In this document: piece by piece, positions 33,332-44,891 of the stretch
How the letters are laid out: each line of letters opens with the position of its first letter
Numbering within the stretch: the first letter of the stretch is position 1
From: Strigamia acuminata
Taxonomy: Eukaryota
Direction of reading: 5' to 3'
DNA length: 64,000 bases
Assembly: GCA_949358305.1 (NCBI GenBank)
Contig: OX442314.1
Location: forward strand, 8,618,001-8,682,000
Translations under genes and position numbers: made by a program
Notes under the pieces: model-generated
Database searches by the model: none
Told to the model about the DNA's origin: nothing
What the model saw: the letters and a program-made list of their open reading frames with translations, nothing else

Positions 33332-36300
33332 TAGGTTGCAATTAAATTCGATTGAATTGCAACAGTGAATATTGGAGATAAATATTTAACAAAAAGATTT
33401 AAGTTAAAAATAGACAGATTAAATTTTCAGTTTATATTTCCATGTGAAGAAGTTAAACTGATGAAATAGAAATACGTAGTAGATTTTCCTTCATTATTTT
33501 CGTTTGAAGATTTTAGGGATTTCAAAGACTACCACCTAATCTCACACGTGGAGGTCCCACCGAGATTAGGTTGCAATTAAATTCGATAGAATTGTAAAAG
33601 TGAATTTTGAGATAAATATTTAACTAAAAGATTTAGTTAAAAAACAGACAAGTTTCAAACCATGTTTATTTTCTTGAGAAACACCAAAACAGTCCTTTAA
33701 CTAGGAATTTCGGAAGTTATAGACCTATCACACGATCACTGAAATAGGTTGCAAATTAATTCGATCGAATTGCAAAAGCGAATCTTGAATCCGATATTAA
33801 CTAAAAAATTTTAGTTAAAACAGACAAATAGATTTTCAGTTTATATTTTCATGTGAAAAGTTAAACTGACGAAATGGAAACGTTTAGTGAACTCTCTTTA
33901 CTATTTTCGTTCGACAATTTAAGGAATACGAAGTATTTTAAATAAGAAATCAAAAAAGTTTCGAGTGAAATAAGAATACAGATATTTTTTTCGAAGTTTG
34001 TTTTATTTCGAAAAGCTAAAAACATACAAGTTTAGAAGGCGGACTTCTTACGAATTTATCTTTCCACCTGAAAAGTTAAAACGAAGAAAACACCGCAACT
34101 ATTTGGAAATATTTACAAGAAATTAAGTTTCTTGTAACTGTACGTCGACACCGATAGCCAGCGACCACGCGCCATAGCAATACGCGTCGATCTCCGTATC
34201 AAACGCAGCAGGGAAGCTACTCAAACCTTCAACGCAAGGTGCGAACGAATGCTTGGAAATTATGGCGGACAACAGATAAAAGACAGCAGAGAAATGTTAC
34301 AGAAGGTTCGTAGAGATTTATTTAAGTGTCGCGAACTAATTTTTCCACTGCCATCGGTACCAAAGATAATTTAGTTGTTGGAGAAAAACAACACACTCCA
34401 TTTCGCAGAAAAGATTTGCAAATCGAAATGAATATTACCTTTATTTGAAGGAATTAACTATTTTCACAAAAAGGAAAATTTTTCCTTCGGGACAATGGAA
34501 ATTAAGAAAATATAAAATGGCGGCGAATGAAGTTGCCGACCACGTAGAATAGTATTTTTTACATTGAAAGTTACGAATCACGATAAACGCTTTCCCTCGG
34601 AAAAGTAAAAGGATTTCATTCAATCTTTCCTTTCGGAAATTTAACAGTGTTTTAAGTTTCCAACGATATTTGGGTCTCCCAAATTTTGAGAATTTCTAAA
34701 TGAAATTTAGCTGTTTGAAAAACAACGAATATTTTTAGTAATCTAATCGGACATTTTCCCACATGATTTCTTAAAACCGGAATAACAAATCCATTTGTGG
34801 CTATGAACTTTGCCACATGAAATATTTACGGAGCGAATATTTTTTGATTGGATTGAAGCTTTAAAATCAGATAGCTGATTTAAACGAAGAAAATAAGTTT
34901 CAAAGTAATTATTTTTCTTTCGGAAAAATCAAATAAATCACCGCTGATGAAAAGTTGTATTTTTCCATTCGAAAAAACTAAGAATTGCACAAGATTTATC
35001 TTCTATTTTGAACATAGATTTTATTCGGAAAAGGAAAGATTCTAGATACATTATTTTTCTCTAAAAATTAAGAATTTAGTCAATTTTCCTAAAGGTTAAT
35101 GGAATGTCATCATATATTTCGTTCGTAATTTACGTGTTAAAGTTTAATCAGAAAAACGATTGAATATGTTTTATTTGCGATAAGTAAAAGAAAGGTTCTT
35201 TAAAAATGGAATTTCGATGCAAATCCCACAGTAAAGGGAATGTTATGTGTGAGCAATTAACGAAAAGTTGGAATAACTTCATTTTATTTCATTCAAAAGT
35301 AGTTGTGAAAAATCAATTTCAAATATTTTTCAAAGAAAAATTATTTTTATCGGAAAAAAGTAATTTACATGTCCTCGCGCGGACCGAGTAGTAAACTGCT
35401 TAATTGTGACATCGATACTGTTATTGTGTCACGTGTTATACGGAATTCCAAACCAGTGAATTACGAATTTTGGCGCGATAGGAATAGAAGTTTGACAGTG
35501 AAAGTTCTCCAGATTTGTCTTTTCATTTGAAAAGTTCAAATTGAGGAAATGCTGCAGCAGATGAAGGTATTTACGACAATTGAGATTTAAATATTCTTTC
35601 ATTCAAAAGATAAAAGATCTCTGCAAAAACATCTCGTTATTAGAGATAAGGGGGACGAAAATTATTAAAACGAATAATCAAAGACACGTCCTTCGTAAAT
35701 ATCGCAAAGGAATAACTAATTGTGAAAACAATTGTCCGCTCAGGAAAAGTGGAATTTAGCTAGATATTTTCTTTCGAAAAATCAAAGCAATTGTCATCAA
35801 AAAAGAAAGATTTGATGAATAATTTTTACCCAAAAGTCTAAAGGATTGTCGAATAGTTTTCTCCCGAAAAACAAGTACACATTTGTACCAATAACTTTAT
35901 CGTTTAAAGTAAAATTTCGAATATTTTCTTTTGGAAGATTAGAGAATTAGATAATTTTTCTCGCAAAACAAATTTAAAGAATTTTAACGAATTTTTATTT
36001 GTTAAAAAAATTTGTTAAAAAAGGGGGAGATGGATGGTGAAAATTTATTTTTTCACACTCGAAAAATGGAATTTAAACCCGAAAAAGTAAAGACTTGGTC
36101 AAATTATTCTTCCTATTGGAAATGAATACACAATGTTGGGAATCGAAAATAGATTTCAATTACAAAGGAATGATTATTTGAACGATAATTGAATAAGAAT
36201 AAGAAAAATTGAGAGTTTGAGAAAACTTTATTAAAAGTTGTGGTTGTAACGATATCACACACTAACGGAATAATTAAAAGAAAAATATTTTTTGAAGAAA

Positions 36301-36495
36301 AGTTATTTAATTATTTGGATTGGTAAAAATCCCAAAGTTCAAGAAGATTGAAGTAAGTTTATTTTATTTTCATTTGAAAAATACAATATTTTACGAATGT
36401 CTTCCCGAAGGAATTTTATTTTATCGGTAAAATTGAATCTCGAAGGGAACGGACTTAGTAGAGAACTACTAAATAGATGTAACGTCCTTTATACC

Positions 36496-36593
36496 ATTGG
36501 CCGACACTAACATCCGCCAATCAGAAGTTGGGAGATCTAGGGATCCCCAGCCCCCTGCTATTAAAGGAGGACCAGATCAGATACTGATCATTC
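36496..36593 (+). promoter_or_regulatory. Putative internal Pol II promoter for the cargo ORF
   Basis: ATTGG (36496) and CCAAT (36517) boxes, TATTAAA (36559), and TCATTC Inr 29 nt later (36588). Confidence 0.55.
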
Positions 36594-36835
36594 GCATCCA
36601 GACCAGACCAGAAGACGTGTTCCAGAGTCATCTTGACCACGCCGTCCCGATTTCAGTCACGATTCGAATTTTGTGTGCCGTGTAACCTGCAAAAGCTAAC
36701 ACGTGTCAAACAAACGCGAAGTTTAATTTTATTTTGTCAAAAGTAAAGTTTAGAAGTGTTTCTTGTTGAAAAGTGTATTATATTCGTCTTCTTTATAAAT
36801 TAAAGAATTAAAATCGTCAGATTTTGAATTTTTTT

Positions 36836-38317
36836 ATGGCTCAAAAACCATTGAATATGATCGATCCAAAAGGAAATAATAAGCAGACAAACTTAAATTT
36901 AAGTTCTGTACCACTTGGCGATCAAACAGAAAAGATTCCCGATCATTTTACTCTGTATTGTAATCGTCATGGACTGGATAAAACCAAGTTTAAAAATATA
37001 ATCGAAGCTTCAGACTATGTAAAAGCTAGGAACTGGCGAGATCGTACCCAATCTCAATCTTCACATCAAGATCCAGTACGGAATCCACAAACATACAGCC
37101 GAAACTTAGTGAATCAAGATTCTCATACTATGTTTCAAACATCCAGTAGGGGATCTAAGTTAGAAAAGTTTAAACCACCTAATTCGGTAGATAAGGGGGA
37201 AGAGAATTATAAACCTAATAATTCTCGTCCAGAGAGTTCGTTAACTAACCAGTCGGTTGTTCAGAACAAATTAAAACTCGTTTACAATCGAGATCAGCTA
37301 ATTTCAGTTCGATATGCTAATCCAGCTGAAGCACAACGATATGTGGCTAGCCTTAATCTGTCGATTAACCTACCGCTATCAAAAGAATTGGGAACCGTAA
37401 ACAAAAGTTTTGGGCCACCAATATCAATGCAAAGGAAAGATATTCGGACTCCAAACAAACATTTGCAGTCAAATAACGTACAACAACGTGCCCGATCGCC
37501 GATCACAAACTCATGTTTGCGGACGTATGATTTGTCTACCAAGAAGAGTCCCCAGCCAAGACAATTCTACCTAACGCCCATTTCAAATCGAAAAAAGGTC
37601 AAGCAAACTTTTCCCTTGAAAAAGTATTACCAACACGATAATGAGAATGATTTTAAACCTAAAAAAGAAAGTTTTTTGACTAACCCACGGGAGATCCGGT
37701 ATCAATTCGAACAGTATTGTAAACAATACCAGTTAAATTCAGCTGAATTTAAAAATATAAACGAAGCGCAACAATTCGTATTTCGAAATCAATACCGTAA
37801 CCAACGACTAAAACCCGTCCCAGTCGTCAATCTGACGGAGATACAACAATTTGCGTCTGGAAAGCAACCCTGCAATATCCAGAATAATTCATCTCAACGA
37901 GAGGAATTAAGAACTTCAAAAAAGCGTTTTCGGTCACCAAGTCCAGCTGGTGATGAAGAAACTTCAAGTACAAACCAACATGTTCAAAAACTGACTGAAA
38001 ACCCAGGTTTCCAATCATCAGTTCCACGACTTAGAGTCAAATATAGATCCCCTCGTTTGTTGCGGGATTTCACAATTCCAAATATGGGTCCTTTCCACGT
38101 ATGGTTTTCCAATGAGGGTCCCATTCATGTATGGTTTTCCAGAGATGACCTAAAACAAAAAGTTGGGTCGTCACGGTCATTTACACTGCCAAGTCAGTAC
38201 ACTGTATGTAACTGCCCAAAGGAAAAACGTCGAAAGAAATCAGTACAGCAGGCTGAGAGATCTCGGAAATTCGCAAATATGCGAGCTCAATATTTAGCAA
38301 AGAATCATGTTGATTAA
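36836..38317 (+). CDS. Orphan basic N/Q/S-rich protein (493 aa from the first ATG) carried by the LTR element
   Basis: This is the only long ORF in an otherwise stop-rich AT-rich interior. It has an internal duplicated ~33-aa motif and a YNRDQLI motif. Confidence 0.7.
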   Translation: MAQKPLNMIDPKGNNKQTNLNLSSVPLGDQTEKIPDHFTLYCNRHGLDKTKFKNIIEASDYVKARNWRDRTQSQSSHQDPVRNPQTYSRNLVNQDSHTMFQTSSRGSKLEKFKPPNSVDKGEENYKPNNSRPESSLTNQSVVQNKLKLVYNRDQLISVRYANPAEAQRYVASLNLSINLPLSKELGTVNKSFGPPISMQRKDIRTPNKHLQSNNVQQRARSPITNSCLRTYDLSTKKSPQPRQFYLTPISNRKKVKQTFPLKKYYQHDNENDFKPKKESFLTNPREIRYQFEQYCKQYQLNSAEFKNINEAQQFVFRNQYRNQRLKPVPVVNLTEIQQFASGKQPCNIQNNSSQREELRTSKKRFRSPSPAGDEETSSTNQHVQKLTENPGFQSSVPRLRVKYRSPRLLRDFTIPNMGPFHVWFSNEGPIHVWFSRDDLKQKVGSSRSFTLPSQYTVCNCPKEKRRKKSVQQAERSRKFANMRAQYLAKNHVD

Positions 38318-41300
38318 CATGATATGATACACAAAGATTCCCCGATTATAGTGTAAACAGAAAATCCTCTTCTAAAAATCATGACCTCTCTTCTAAAGAA
38401 AAGGGGGACAAAATATAAAGTTAAAATTAACAATTCTCGAAAAGTAATATTACAGTATTAAAAGACAACTAGTTTAAATTAAAATTAGTCAATTGTACAA
38501 AGAATACCAAGTGACTCCGGTCATGACAATTAAGGGGGACATTTTGATTCTTAAATTGTCAACTCTTATCATCTAAAAGCTATTTATTGTATATTTATAG
38601 CGATACATCTGACTAGGCATATGAAATAAATATTTTGTGATAACACAAATGATGATTTTATGTATGACGAAAGTTTCTTCAAAAAGAAGACTTGGAAATA
38701 AATTCTGGACTTGAATTTAGGCTATTAGAAAAGATTATTTCGGCAGAAATCCAGAACTTAGATAATTCAAGTTAGTTTATGTAAACTCAAATTCGAAATT
38801 GGAAGTCACGGTATCTCCAAGATACATCAAGTCCGAAAATAGCATTTATGCTAATTAGGAGAATAACGAAAACTCTATAAAATATTATATAGTTGTGTTA
38901 TTAAGGGGGATGTATGACGGTTTACAATGGCTATAAATGCCTATTTTCTATCAAGAAAGCGCTGTTGCGCCAATATGATGGTATTTTTACAATATTCTGT
39001 GTAAAACTGATAAATGTCTAGAATAAAGTCATTTATGATGTTTCAAATACAAAGATGTTCGTTTATTAAGAATAAACACTAATTTCCACATGATACTAAA
39101 GTATCACGGCATAATTACGAAGATTCGTCTGCTAAAACCCGCATTTGTCAATGCTCCATATTGCCACTAGATGGCGCGATCGCAATTAGCGATAAATTCG
39201 AATACGAACTTGAAAACCTCATGATTAAATATAAACGTATATTTAATCAAGTGAATAAATTGTGTTAAATATTAATATAAATATATATTAAATATCTGAC
39301 ATTGTTAAATACAATGTAACTTCCATTTCTGCGGGACAGAATGTTTAGCGATCAATCGGTCAACCGATCAATCTGATTGGTGGAACCCATTTCCGGTCCT
39401 GGGTATCCAGTTCCGGTTGTAACAAGGATTAGCATAATTTGCATAAATGCTCCTCCGTATCCACTTCCGGTGATACGGGATTGGAGGGATTCGTGGAACC
39501 CATGTTCCAATTGGATGACTGGATTAATCCTTAAATCCAGTCAGGTTATATAAACCCAAACAATCGGCCATTCCGCAGCTCTGTTTGATTATTTTCTGTT
39601 TGGTATTGTTACTTAAGAAATATGATTCGTTGTTCACGTAAAAAAACCTTTTGGTTCTTTGTTGATTTATTCGCAAAGAACCGTTGCATGATTCTACAGA
39701 ATCATGCCACCGCCGGCAATTGAAGTCGAAGTGCTGGGATCATTATGTTGCATAAATGTTACAGTTTACGGTTGCGACGCCGAAGGAGAACCCGCCGTTG
39801 TGCAATTCAGTATCCTCCGGACAGGACCAAGTTGTCTTTTTCGGTATGAACGTATTCCGTTACCACGAGTAGCATCGGTATTGTTGAGAATCGGTTCCTT
39901 CACCTGATGGTGCCAAAGCAGTCTGTTTTACAGTAACCACGAGTAGCACCAAGTGTTTGGCAAGCTGATTCTCATGGTATTCGATGCCAAAGCAGTCGGT
40001 CTATTATTAGTACCGCGAGAGATAAAACTGCTGTGCGGAGCCGCGAGCTATCGACCCCTGTGTACGTGGTACCGTCAACCACTCGATGGACGACCGTGCT
40101 GCGACGCCAGGGACGCTTGATACCGTTCTGCATGGCAAGGCGTATATTCTTTCGACGGCAATTGTGTGTTGCGACGGGAAGCCTAATCTTCATTTTATTT
40201 ATAACAGCTAAATATTAACTTGGCGACAAGTTGATTAACCAAGTCAGAAGACTTAATTACGATCACGATTACATCAAAGACGCAAATGTAACTGATAAGT
40301 TGATGACAACTTATCCACAAAAATATCTAAATAAGAATTCACAACGATATGAATTAAATATAATTCATAAGCGGAATATTGATAAGTAAATGAATACATT
40401 TACTTACACCAATATCCTCCCAAAGTTGTGGCGGTGCAGACAAAGTCAACCGCAATGCTCAGATCATTCGATTTATCGACGTGCGATAATTTACACAGCG
40501 AACCAAGGAAACCAGCGAAGCCATATCGGACTCCAGGACACAGCCATCCGGCTTAGATGACATCTGTAAACCAGGTCGAGCGATGGGGAAACCGCTCCCT
40601 TATCCCAGACACGTAATGATATTATTTTAGGACCAATTGGCCTATGCTTTGTATAGTTTAATAGTCAGTTAACTTGCCAAATGTTGGCATTAGTCTTATG
40701 TATAATTTAGCTCACTGCATATTGTTTGCCAACAATAAATTGTCTTGTATTTATCTCGTATTGTATTCACTGTTATTTATCGCGATCTCTTCCCGGTACC
40801 ATTGTTAAATGGGAGTTGTGGTCGTCACCGTCACACCATTCAAGTGTCATTTATGTGCTTATTCCTGCAATCAAAGTGGCCATTTAAAATCACATTTATT
40901 AACCCATAGTGGCGAAAAACCATTCAAGTGTCATTTGTGTGCTTACTCCTGTATTGGAAGTGGGAATTTAAAAAGACATGCGACAACCCATACTGGGGAA
41001 AAACCATTCAAGTGTCATTTCTGCACTTTTTCTTGCCGTCAAAGTGGTAATTTAAAATTACATTTATTAACCCATACTGGGGAAAAACTATTCAAGTGTC
41101 ATTTGTGTGCTCATTCCTGTATTGGAAGTGGGAATTTAAAAAGACATGTAGCAACCCATACTGGGGAAAAACCATTGAAGTGTCATTTGTGTGCTTACTC
41201 TTGTATTGGAAGTGGGAATTTAAAAAGACATATTGTAACCCATACAGGAGGAAAAGCATTCAAATGCCAGTCTTGCGCTTATTCCTGTACGAGAAAATAT

Positions 41301-42054
41301 GCTTTAAAAAAACATTTAACAAAGCATACAAATTGAATAATTCTCGCACCATGATCATAATTCTTTCACCAAGATCTCTGCTTATTTCTGCATTTAAAGT
41401 TAATATTTAAATTTGTTTCAATCTATTTTGCCTCAAAACAAAACCCAATGTGATTGCATATTTTTTCACTAACTTGTAAGTTGTCTTGCTAACTCTCAAT
41501 GTTTTTGGAATTTAGACTTTGTTATTCTTTTTTTATTTTATTTTTCGATTAGTACATGGATGTTTCGTTGATATTTAATTAGATTTTGGAAATTTTGCTT
41601 GTGTTCATTTGTAATTACACTTTGAGATTATCAGTAGTTATTTAATAATTTAAATTAAATTTTGTTAACATTTATAATGACATTTTGTTTGATAAATAAA
41701 AGCCGTGTTTTATTGAAACAAACTTTTCATTCATTTTTTTTTTTAATTTAACTGCTTTTTACATCGTGGAAGTATAAAACATTAATCAGATAATGTCGCG
41801 CTCTGGTTCTCTATAGTGTAACTTTGAACCGTTTTCTTCTCGTGGTAATGAGATTCGCTTACCTAACTGACGTGTTACTTCTTGTTTAAAGCTTTATTTA
41901 ACCCGAAGGTACAAATGGAATGGTTAGTAATTAATTTGTATGTATACGTGGATGAAGTCGTCGTTGTGCTTGGCGTGGTCCAAAATGGCCTCTCGTCCTG
42001 GTGGCGTGGCGTCGTCTTGTAATTTTGTAATTGTAATTTTCTATTCAAAAATTG

Positions 42055-42535
42055 TAATTTTCTGCCTCAAAATTTCATTTTCTGCCTCAAAATTTCATTT
42101 TCTGCCTAAAAATTTCATTTTTTGCCTAAAAATTTCATTTTTTGCCTAAAAATTTTATTTTTTGCCTAAAAATTTCATTTTTTGCCTAAAAATTTCATTT
42201 TTTGCCTAAAAATTTCATTTTTTGCCTAAAAATTTCATTTTTTGCCTAAAAATTTCATTTTTTGCCTAAAAATTTCATTTTTTGCCTAAAAATTTCATTT
42301 TTTGCCTAAAAATTTCATTTTTTGCCTAAAAATTTCATTTTTTGCCTAAAAATTTCATTTTTTGCCTAAAAATTTCATTTTTTGCCTAAAAATTTCATTT
42401 TTTGCCTAAAAATTTCATTTTTTGCCTAAAAATTTCATTTTTTGCCTAAAAATTTCATTTTTTGCCTAAAAATTTCATTTTTTGCCTAAAAATTTCATTT
42501 TTTGCCTAAAAATTTCATTTTTTGGCTAAAAATTG
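42055..42535. repeat. 20-bp tandem array (TTTTTGCCTAAAAATTTCAT) upstream of the MULE cassette
   Basis: More than 20 near-perfect units. A shorter inverted paralog lies at ~62300-62430. Confidence 0.95.
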
Positions 42536-42735
42536 CCTACGAATTAAAAATACATACTTTTTATTACCTGCGACTTGCTAAACAACCAGTCATTCGTTAA
42601 CCTCGCTACAATTTCTTACGCAACGTTTAAAATCCGTAACACCGACGGTCGTTACTTATTCCCGACGTTACCTTTTAATGGATAAATTAGGTCAACAATC
42701 TGAGAAAGTTCATTCATTCCCACATACAACAAACC

Positions 42736-43000
42736 ATGTCGACCGATTTAACCGAGGAGCCAAAGTCACTTGACGAGCTGACCTGGGATTCCATCAAGTC
42801 ATTCACCGACACCTTACACGGAAAACGTTTTTTATACGGCGCCCTCACAACCGAATGCGGTTCAAAAATGCTCCTTTTCACAACTCTCGACAACCTACGT
42901 CACTTAAGCAAAGCCAAAAGTATTGTCGGAGGCAGCACATCACGAACAGTGCCGCCATTATTCGCCCTAAACAAGTAGTGCCATTTTGTTTCATTTAGTT
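42736..43000 (+). pseudogene. MULE-derived ORF, cassette copy 3, with a large internal deletion
   Basis: The N-terminus MSTDLTEEP...TVPPLFA is fused directly to the 3' end (ALNK) through a TCGC microhomology at 42962-42965. Confidence 0.85.
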
Positions 43001-43382
43001 TGTTTTGATTCACCATTTTAAGTGTATCTAATATTGCTCTTTGTTTTATTTTATTTTTTTAAAAACAAAATATTTTCGCCGCTACGGCTTGTGATAGGAA
43101 AACTTGTGATTGCGGGTTTTAGTGACAGCCGACAGCACGCTATCCCAGGTTTTCCCGTCACTGCAAGAGTCACGCCGCATCATTTGCAGCTGAAAATATC
43201 GTTTCCCGTTCGTCTTTTTGTCAGATTTGAGGTAGAAAGAATGTGTCCTTACTGAAATTAATAATTGTAAACATGATTTTAATTTGATTTATTTTTATTA
43301 GTTGGCTGATATAACCAGGGATTCCTGGTTAATACTGTCATAAGACGCGCTGAAGGTAAACTCGGTCATCCAAGTTGACATG

Positions 43383-43631
43383 GGATGTTCTTTACATCTG
43401 CCCCAATGTTTGTCATTGTTAGGTTGCCTTGATTTCATTTGTTTGTGTTGTGTGTGGTTGTTTTTGGTTAGGTTAGGTCAGGTTAGGTTAAGACCTAGGT
43501 TTAGGTCTAAACCTAACCTAACCTGATCTAACCTAACCGAAAACAACCACACACAACACATACAAATGAAATCAAGGCAACCTAACCTAACCTAACAATG
43601 GCATACATTGGGGCAGATGTAAAGAACATCC
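43383..43631. mobile_element. 249-bp palindromic MITE with (GGTTA)n/(TAACC)n arms and 8-bp TSD
   Basis: GGATGTTCTTTACATCTGCCCCAATG...CATTGGGGCAGATGTAAAGAACATCC, flanked by TTGACATG/TTGAAATG. It is absent at the paralogous positions ~5932 and ~28830. Confidence 0.85.
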
Positions 43632-43832
43632 TTGAAATGTAATAAATTGAACTTAAGATTATCTACTAGAATACTCTCAGTCTTATTATTTTTAAAACCT
43701 AATGTTTGACTCTTTCTAATTCCAGAATGTTCATTTTCGCCTAACCTAACCTGCTACCATCAGTGATATAGTTTGCAAACCGAGCATTTTCTGCACCCAG
43801 CACAGAGTCTCGTTATTTTTTTAATAAACAAA

Positions 43833-44435
43833 ATGAAGAGGAAAGAACTGCGTTACGATTGCAATCTGTGTGATTTTACATGTTCAAGTTATCGAAGTTT
43901 GAAGAACCACATGCTTATACATACCGGTGAAAAGCCTTTCAAGTGCCAGGTGTGTTCAATGCCTTTTAGAGCTAGAAGCACGTTAGTTGTCCACATGCGA
44001 ACTCACACGGGAGAAAAACCATTCAAGTGTCATTTATGTGCTTATTCCTGCAATCACAGTGGTCATTTAAAAAGACATGTAGCAACCCATACTGGGCAAA
44101 AAACATTCAGATGTCATTTGTGTGCTTATTCTTGCAATCGAAGTGATCATTTAAAATTACATTTATTAACCCATAGTGGAGACAAACCATTCAAGTGTCA
44201 TTTGTGTGCTTACTCCTGCATCGAAAGTGGGAGTTTAAAAAGACATGTAGCAATCCATACTGGGGAAAAACCATTCAAGTGTCATTTATGTGTTTATTCC
44301 TGCATCGAAATTGGGAATTTAAAACGACATGTGGCAACCCATACTGGGATAAAACCATTCAAGTGTCATTTTTGTGCTTATTCCTGTGCGAGAAAAGATG
44401 TTTTTAAAATACATTTAACAAAGCATACAAATTGA
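43833..44435 (+). CDS. C2H2 zinc-finger array protein, 7 fingers (copy 3, intact)
   Basis: MKRKELRYDCNLC... with seven C2H2 units and TGEKP-type linkers; no stops. Confidence 0.88.
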   Translation: MKRKELRYDCNLCDFTCSSYRSLKNHMLIHTGEKPFKCQVCSMPFRARSTLVVHMRTHTGEKPFKCHLCAYSCNHSGHLKRHVATHTGQKTFRCHLCAYSCNRSDHLKLHLLTHSGDKPFKCHLCAYSCIESGSLKRHVAIHTGEKPFKCHLCVYSCIEIGNLKRHVATHTGIKPFKCHFCAYSCARKDVFKIHLTKHTN

Positions 44436-44842
44436 ATAATTCTCGCACCATGATCATAATTTTTTCACCAAGCGTCTTATCACATCTCTGCTTATTTCTG
44501 CATTGAAAGCTAATATTTAAGTTTGTTTCAATCTGTTTTGCCACAAAACAAAACTCAATTTGATTGCATATTTTTTCACTAAGTTGTCTTGCTAAATCTC
44601 AAAGTTTTTGGAATTTAGTCGAAGTTATTCTTTTTTTATTTTATCTTTTCATTAGTTTATAGATGTTTCGTTGATATTTGATTGGATTTTGAAGATTGCT
44701 TGTGTTCATTTGTATTTACACTTTCATGTAATGAGAAAAATTAAAGTTTTAGTCTAAAATGTGCGTTTTTTTGTTTGCTTCGTGAAGAAAACGATGTGAA
44801 ATAAGGATTTTCTTTCTTGTTATTCTTAAAAATCGAATTTAT

Positions 44843-44844
<2 letters not shown>

Positions 44845-44890
<46 letters not shown>
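44845..44890. repeat. (TA)n microsatellite
   Basis: Direct reading. Confidence 0.95.

Positions 44891-44891
<1 letters not shown>

Larger units (their letters stand above)
31389..40835 (+). mobile_element. Non-autonomous large-LTR retroelement (LARD-like, Gypsy-type signals), no gag/pol
   Basis: 1923-bp LTRs at 31389-33311 and 38913-40835 (no difference noticed by eye), TSD CCAT (31385-31388, 40836-40839), tRNA-Gln PBS and PPT AAGGGGGATG (38903-38912). Confidence 0.92.
31199..41336 (+). pseudogene. C2H2 zinc-finger gene copy 2 (8 fingers) split by an LTR element: 31199-31388 + 40836-41336
   Basis: The linker HTGEKP|FKCHLC is interrupted. Removing 31389-40835 and one CCAT restores the frame. 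Confidence 0.88.

Noticed and set aside
42055..42535. CRISPR-like regular repeats (also 50472-50985)
   Set aside because: These are head-to-tail units with no unique spacers, in eukaryotic DNA without cas genes, so they are minisatellites.
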